DNA from: a virus
Length of the DNA: 64,000 bases
Reading direction: 5' to 3' (one strand)
IMG/VR virus record: IMGVR_UViG_3300045988_177154
Location: 32,001-96,000 of that record
Shown here: piece after piece, positions 60,503 through 64,000 of the stretch
Numbering within the stretch: the first letter of the stretch is position 1
How the letters are laid out: every line of letters begins with the position of its first letter
Notes under the pieces: model-generated
Seen by the model: only the letters and a program-made list of their open reading frames with translations
Told to the model about the DNA's origin: nothing
Databases searched by the model: none
Translations under genes and position numbers: made by a program

Positions 60503-60997
60503 ATGAGTAACAACAAACAACTACAAACCGCTTTAGAAATTGCAGTAATGGCTCATAAAGGTGTAACACGCCGAAATACTGACCCTTATATTTTCCATGT
60601 GCTACGTGTAGCTAATAATGCTAAATATATTCGTACAAAAACTCAAAAAGCTGCAGGTATTCTTCATGATGTTATTGAAGATACTCCACTTAACGCTGAA
60701 TTTTTACGAGAAAAAGGAATTGATGATGATGTGTTGAATATTCTATCTTTCCTAACTCATGATAAAGAAAAAACAACTTATTCTGATTACATTGATAATA
60801 TTTGTAATAACGTTGATGCTATGCTGGTCAAATTGTCTGATTTAACTGACAACCTAGACCAAGGCACACTTTCTGTTATTACAGACCGTGACCGAGAGCG
60901 TTTTATTGTTTATGAAAATGCTCGTACTAAAATTATGAGTACTCTTGCTCGTGACTACCCAGAAACATTTAAAGAAATTATGAAAACAGGTAATTAA
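60503..60997 (+). CDS. RelA/SpoT-type HD-domain hydrolase (small alarmone hydrolase-like), second copy
   Basis: ALEIAVMAHKGVTRR...PYIFHVLRV and GILHDVIEDT. Paralogous in fold to 27663-28205. Confidence 0.7.
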   Translation: MSNNKQLQTALEIAVMAHKGVTRRNTDPYIFHVLRVANNAKYIRTKTQKAAGILHDVIEDTPLNAEFLREKGIDDDVLNILSFLTHDKEKTTYSDYIDNICNNVDAMLVKLSDLTDNLDQGTLSVITDRDRERFIVYENARTKIMSTLARDYPETFKEIMKTGN

Positions 60998-61015
60998 GAA
61001 AGGAGTTATAAAATC

Positions 61016-61270
61016 ATGGATAAGCAAACAAAAATTAAAGTAACTAATAAATGGTATGGCGATTTAGCCACAATTTACTCTATTAGAAACTTGGAAGATG
61101 AAACACTTGAACCTGTATTGTTATTTTATAGTAATGGAAGTGCTCCAAACTTCATTCGTAACCAAGAAATGACTATTGAAGAAGTTGAAAATACTCGTCC
61201 TTATAAAATGATTTTATTTAACTCATGGGACGACATTCCAAATGACATGGCTATGGCACTCGGATTTTAA
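61016..61270 (+). CDS. hypothetical protein (84 aa)
   Basis: ORF track. Confidence 0.55.
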   Translation: MDKQTKIKVTNKWYGDLATIYSIRNLEDETLEPVLLFYSNGSAPNFIRNQEMTIEEVENTRPYKMILFNSWDDIPNDMAMALGF

Positions 61271-61297
61271 GAAATAAGTATTAGAAAGATAAAATAA

Positions 61298-62083
61298 ATG
61301 ACTAAACCAAAATATTTTAATGATGAACGATCAGCTAAAGCTCAAGCACATATTCAAGAAATGAGCAAGAAATACTCAGAAGATATTCTTGAAATTGTTT
61401 ATGCTTCTACTATCTATATGGAGCCATTGGATAATAAAGTTAATAAAGCTACAACTAATATTATTGTGGATAACATTGATAGTGTAAGTGCTATTTATAA
61501 ACATGGTAATTGGAAAACAGCTGTGCTTAATTTTGCTTCATTTTATAACCCAGGTGGTGGTTTTGCGTGGGGAACTATGGCACAAGAAGAAGCTTTATGT
61601 AGTGAGTCTGTTCTATACAATGTTTTATCTAATAATAAATTTAAGAGTTATTATGCAAATAATGGTAAGGAAGTTTTTGATTACAAATTTGCTGACAGAG
61701 GAGTTTACTCTCCTAGTGTAATTTTTGAGCGACCTTTTTGGTCAAATCTTCGTGGCGCTAATGTTAAAGTAATCAATACTTGTGATGTAATTACTGTAGC
61801 TGCCCCTAATCGCAGACGCCAAACAAAAACTTCTGCTGAAGAAAATTACAATGCTCTTGCTAAACGGATTGATTTTGTTTTAAGTATTGCTCAAGAACAA
61901 AAAGTAAAAACACTTATCTTAGGAGCATTTGGTTGTGGAGTGTTTGCTCAAAAACCTGAAGAAGTAGCAACTTTATTTAAAGAAGCTTTGAAACATTATC
62001 ATTTTGATAAAGTTGTTTTTGCTATTATGCCAGACAAAGAGAATACTAATTTTAAAGTATTTTCTGAAATTCTAAATGGATAA
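61298..62083 (+). CDS. microbial PARG-like macrodomain protein (TIGR02452/DUF2263 type)
   Basis: VLNFASFYNPGGGF..G..AQEEALC.ES.LY signature, plus LILGAFGCGVF near the C-terminus. Confidence 0.7.
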   Translation: MTKPKYFNDERSAKAQAHIQEMSKKYSEDILEIVYASTIYMEPLDNKVNKATTNIIVDNIDSVSAIYKHGNWKTAVLNFASFYNPGGGFAWGTMAQEEALCSESVLYNVLSNNKFKSYYANNGKEVFDYKFADRGVYSPSVIFERPFWSNLRGANVKVINTCDVITVAAPNRRRQTKTSAEENYNALAKRIDFVLSIAQEQKVKTLILGAFGCGVFAQKPEEVATLFKEALKHYHFDKVVFAIMPDKENTNFKVFSEILNG

Positions 62084-62191
62084 AAATAACTGAGAATAGG
62101 GCTTTATTCATCAAAAAGTCCTATCCTTTGTTCAGTTATTGATATTAAATAGTACTTTTTTCAAAAACATAAAATTTTTTCATAAAAAGGA

Positions 62192-62219
62192 TTGACTTAT
62201 AACTCAAACCTGATATAAT
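62192..62219 (+). promoter_or_regulatory. sigma-A type promoter P1 upstream of the tRNA cluster
   Basis: TTGACT-16-TATAAT. Confidence 0.65.
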
Positions 62220-62283
62220 TATTTCTGTTGTTGATATTTAAACAACGTTTTCAGAAAAAGATGAAAAAATTTCAAAAAACCTA

Positions 62284-62312
62284 TTGACACATGACTTTAA
62301 ATAGGTTATAAT
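62284..62312 (+). promoter_or_regulatory. sigma-A type promoter P2 upstream of the tRNA cluster
   Basis: TTGACA-17-TATAAT, preceded by TTTCAAAAAACCTA. Confidence 0.75.
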
Positions 62313-62422
62313 AGAATTATAAATGATTTGATTTATCTTTTGGAGAGATGTAGAATAATAAATCTATACCTTTGCAAAAGATGAATCATTTCAAAAAATA
62401 TAAAAATTTTTTCAAAAACCTA

Positions 62423-62451
62423 TTGACACATAATTTTTGATATGATATAAT
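62423..62451 (+). promoter_or_regulatory. sigma-A type promoter P3 directly upstream of tRNA-Leu
   Basis: TTGACA-17-TATAAT, preceded by TTTCAAAAACCTA. Confidence 0.8.
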
Positions 62452-62478
62452 CATTTATGTACTTTGAAATTTAAATAT

Positions 62479-62563
62479 GCTCGGCTGGTGAAATTTGGCA
62501 AACACAGGGGACTTAAAATCCCCCGACCATTTGGTCTTGCGGGTTCGAGTCCCGCGCTGAGCA
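62479..62563 (+). tRNA. tRNA-Leu (anticodon TAA), type II with long variable arm
   Basis: GCTCGGC/GCTGAGC acceptor stem (one G-T pair). Anticodon arm GGGGA-CTTAAAA-TCCCC. Variable arm GACC-ATTT-GGTC. T arm GCGGG-TTCGAGT-CCCGC. No encoded CCA. Confidence 0.85.
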
Positions 62564-62740
62564 TGATGTGGTGTCTAACAGCCACAAGTCCTCAATTGTT
62601 AGGTTAACCGAAAGGCTAAAATAAATTCAGCGTAATGAGGCATTATGTTTAAGTAATTTATTTTAGGGTAGCTTCCTACCGTAAAGACAGGTATGGTTTA
62701 AGTTAAAATAAGCGTAATAAATAAACAAAAGACTTATCAC

Positions 62741-62824
62741 TTAAATCGGTGACCGAAGACAATCCGTATAATGGCGGTGACTTGTTCGTTGAAATAGAAA
62801 CGGAAAACATTGGTAGTTGTTCAT
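62741..62824 (-). CDS. possible 27-aa peptide gene in a tRNA spacer
   Basis: TAGGAGGTG RBS 6 nt before the ATG. Translation is MNNYQCFPFLFQRTSHRHYTDCLRSPI. No other support. Confidence 0.25.
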   Translation of the reverse strand: MNNYQCFPFLFQRTSHRHYTDCLRSPI

Positions 62825-62840
62825 GACTGCCACCTCCTAT

Positions 62841-62912
62841 TGACCTGTAGCTCAATGGTAGAGCATCCGGCTGTTAACCGGAAGGTTGTGGGTTCGAGTC
62901 CCACCGGGTCAG
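62841..62912 (+). tRNA. tRNA-Asn (anticodon GTT)
   Basis: TGACCTG/CGGGTCA acceptor stem. D arm GCTC-AATGGTA-GAGC. Anticodon arm TCCGG-CTGTTAA-CCGGA. T arm GTGGG-TTCGAGT-CCCAC. Confidence 0.9.
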
Positions 62913-62923
62913 TTAAATTAACT

Positions 62924-63072
62924 TAATGAGCGATACGTTTTATTCCGAATGACCTCCTTAATAAATTTCGGGATTTATCCTCCTTTCATACAACACACGT
63001 TAAATTTTTACTTTTCTAATGAAAGTAAAGAAAAGTAAAAAATATTCTTTCATTGTTTTGTATCGCTCGTTA
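62924..63072 (+). ncRNA. candidate structured RNA closed by a 13-bp long-range helix, with two CCUCCUU motifs
   Basis: TAATGAGCGATAC (62924-62936) pairs with GTATCGCTCGTTA (63060-63072). Internal hairpins are ATTCCGAA...TTCGGGAT, displaying ACCTCCTTA, and TTTACTTTC-TAAT-GAAAGTAAA. Confidence 0.35.
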
Positions 63073-63081
63073 TTTTAATTT

Positions 63082-63154
63082 GGGCCCATAGCTCAGACGG
63101 CAGAGCAGCGGACTTTTAATCCGTGGGTCGCAGGTTCGATTCCTGCTGGGCCCA
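63082..63154 (+). tRNA. tRNA-Lys (anticodon TTT)
   Basis: GGGCCCA/TGGGCCC acceptor stem. D arm GCTC-AGACGGCA-GAGC. Anticodon arm GCGGA-CTTTTAA-TCCGT. T arm GCAGG-TTCGATT-CCTGC. Confidence 0.9.
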
Positions 63155-63187
63155 TTCCTAGTAAAATAAATATATATTAGGTGACCT

Positions 63188-63246
63188 TAGGCACAAACAG
63201 CAACTACTCACACTTTCTATTTGGCAGAAAAAAGATGAGGTGCCTA
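63188..63246 (+). ncRNA. tRNA-like mini-unit U1 (terminal helix plus anticodon-arm-like hairpin, loop ATTTGGC)
   Basis: TAGGCAC pairs with GTGCCTA. A-A-ACAGCAA motif follows the 5' strand. Hairpin TTTCT-ATTTGGC-AGAAA at 63214-63230. Confidence 0.4.
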
Positions 63247-63264
63247 GTTTATACATTTTATACA

Positions 63265-63339
63265 TAACGACATACAGCAAGAATTTTTTAATAACGAAAC
63301 AGACTCCAAATCTATTTTTTCATTTTTAAAAAGTCGTTA
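63265..63339 (+). ncRNA. tRNA-like mini-unit U2 (loop CTCCAAA)
   Basis: TAACGAC pairs with GTCGTTA. ATACAGCAA motif. Hairpin ACAGA-CTCCAAA-TCTAT (one mismatch) at 63299-63315. Confidence 0.4.
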
Positions 63340-63351
63340 GAGTTATATAAT

Positions 63352-63426
63352 TAGTGACACACAGCAATTCTTCAAACTTAGGAACAAAACGTCATTTTGT
63401 AATTACTAAAATAAGAATCGTCACTA
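63352..63426 (+). ncRNA. tRNA-like mini-unit U3 (loop ACGTCAT)
   Basis: TAGTGAC pairs with GTCACTA. ACACAGCAA motif. Hairpin ACAAA-ACGTCAT-TTTGT at 63384-63400. Confidence 0.4.
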
Positions 63427-63451
63427 GATTAAATAATTTTTTTGAATATAT

Positions 63452-63513
63452 TAGTGGCATACAGCAACTCTACTATGGAATGGACTTTTAATCTGTAACC
63501 CAAGAGGCCACTA
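63452..63513 (+). ncRNA. tRNA-like mini-unit U4 (loop CTTTTAA, identical to the tRNA-Lys anticodon loop)
   Basis: TAGTGGC pairs with GCCACTA. ATACAGCAA motif. Hairpin ATGGA-CTTTTAA-TCTGT at 63480-63496. No D or T arm. 62 nt in total. Confidence 0.4.
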
Positions 63514-63540
63514 GATTATATTAGATTAAATTGAATATGT

Positions 63541-63650
63541 TAGTGGCAATCAGCAATTCTTGTCAAACCAGAGGGTTGTGGGTTCGAGCCCCACCGGTTC
63601 AATTGAACCGTAGCTCAATTGGTAGAGCATCAGGCATAAAACAGCCACTA
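63541..63650 (+). ncRNA. tRNA-like unit U5 enclosing a circularly permuted tRNA-like cloverleaf
   Basis: TAGTGGC pairs with GCCACTA. AATCAGCAA motif. Inside, a tRNA 3' half (CCAGA-GGGTT-GTGGG-TTCGAGC-CCCAC-CGGTTCA) is joined by AT to a 5' half (TGAACCG-TA-GCTC-AATTGGTA-GAGC-A-TCAGG). Confidence 0.45.
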
Positions 63651-63662
63651 GATTTTTATTTT

Positions 63663-63734
63663 GGAACCTTAGCTCATAAGGCAGAGCATTCGGTTGAAGC
63701 CCGTTGCGGATAGGTTCGATTCCTATAGGTTCCG
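63663..63734 (+). tRNA. tRNA-Phe-like (anticodon GAA) with a weak anticodon stem
   Basis: GGAACCT/AGGTTCC acceptor stem. D arm GCTC-ATAAGGCA-GAGC. T arm ATAGG-TTCGATT-CCTAT. Anticodon arm TTCGG-TTGAAGC-CCGTT has only 3 Watson-Crick pairs plus two T-T mismatches. Confidence 0.55.
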
Positions 63735-63969
63735 TTAAATTTATATTTTATATTAAATTGGTTGTCCTTGAGATGTAGGTTCAAATCCTGTACTGGCCGC
63801 CGGGTCGGTTATTTTAATTGGTAAAAATACAAGTAGGCATTAAATGAATTGAGAACTGGCACTTCCTTTCATACAATTTAATATAAGGTGATTCGACCGC
63901 CAATCGAATCATTTCTAGTCTTGGGTGACTACATATAAGAAGCTTCTAACTCAAGACTATTTTTAATAA

Positions 63970-64000
63970 GGGTCTCTAGCGAAGTCTGGTTAAACGCAGC
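63970..64000 (+). tRNA. 5' part of a tRNA (type II-like D loop), cut by window end
   Basis: GGGTCTC-TA-GCG-AAGTCTGGTTAAA-CGC is a pattern typical of Ser/Leu/Tyr-type tRNAs. Only 31 nt are visible. Confidence 0.35.

Noticed and set aside
62826-62840. CCACCTCCT and the other CCTCC words (62950-62990, 63863-63875) as fragments of a 16S rRNA 3' end
   Set aside because: Only 7-9 nt match the anti-SD region and no flanking rRNA-like sequence exists. At 62826-62840 it is equally the reverse complement of a minus-strand RBS.
62479-63154. tRNA genes as a prophage attachment site or integration module
   Set aside because: No integrase or recombinase (other than the decayed IS607 TnpA remnant 40 kb away) is present, and no direct repeats of tRNA 3' ends flank the region. 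The tRNAs look like a phage-encoded cluster.
63531-63713. 60-aa plus-strand ORF in the tRNA region
   Set aside because: It spans the U5 unit, the permuted tRNA-like cloverleaf and part of the tRNA-Phe-like gene. It has no RBS, and the RNA-gene interpretation explains the sequence better.
63755-63830. Additional tRNA suggested by GTAGGTTCAAATCCTGTACTGGCCGCC (T-arm-like) and by TATTTT-AATTGGT-AAAATA (D-arm-like) just downstream
   Set aside because: No complementary acceptor 5' strand (GGCCAGT) is present, the T stem needs two G-T pairs, and no anticodon arm could be placed. It may be another fragment or permuted arrangement, but the evidence is too weak to call.
63916-63959. Sixth member of the U1-U5 family (TAGTCTTG...CAAGACTA helix)
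   Set aside because: It has a terminal 8-bp helix starting with TAGT, but it lacks the ACAGCAA motif and an anticodon-arm-like 5-bp stem with a 7-nt loop. It is only 44 nt long, so it is noted here but not counted.

Overview
AT-rich 64-kb window that reads like the accessory or early region of a large phage, or phage-like element, of a low-GC Gram-positive host. It holds about 100 short, tightly packed genes in alternating strand blocks. More than 25 near-consensus sigma-A type promoters (TTGACA-17-TATAAT) are visible, along with AGGAGG-type RBSs, many hairpin plus T-run terminators, and a tRNA cluster at the right end. No capsid, tail or DNA polymerase genes are recognisable. Recognisable content falls into these groups. 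(1) RNA repair: two ATP-dependent RNA ligases, a HAD phosphatase and a P-loop kinase-HD fusion. (2) A Pif1/RecD-like helicase. (3) Two RelA/SpoT-type HD alarmone-hydrolase-like proteins. (4) A Zeta-like kinase. (5) A PARG-like macrodomain and a mini Arr-like protein next to an SPPY DNA methyltransferase. (6) SfsA and SLOG/YpsA-like proteins. (7) Two SprT-like metalloproteases, a GNAT, a YopX, a DUF262/ParB-like protein and a MoxR-type AAA+ ATPase. (8) Several tandem paralog families, including 8 loci of a ~330-aa family. The most unusual items are listed next. (a) A ubiquitin-like conjugation cassette at 50984-55144 with a ThiF/E1-like protein, two Ubl-like ORFs, a possible E2-like protein and a JAMM/JAB peptidase. 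(b) Two TnpB-like genes: one lacks a zinc finger but keeps D-E-D, and one has a degenerate RuvC-III and a decayed IS607 TnpA remnant. Each has truncated a member of a paralog family. In addition, an orphan, promoter-driven copy of the omega-RNA-like 3' segment of one of them lies inside the Ubl cassette. (c) A 686-bp non-coding region carries 10 copies of an AGTATTTT iteron-like motif, six of them in 21-bp phase. (d) A ~110-nt multi-hairpin intergenic repeat is dispersed in at least 7 copies. (e) The tRNA cluster is interleaved with a family of short RNA-like units that have covarying 7-bp terminal helices and anticodon-arm-like hairpins. One of these units encloses a circularly permuted tRNA-like cloverleaf. 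All calls come from reading the sequence and ORF translations by eye, with no database or folding software. Family names are motif-based inferences and the boundaries of RNA and repeat features are approximate.
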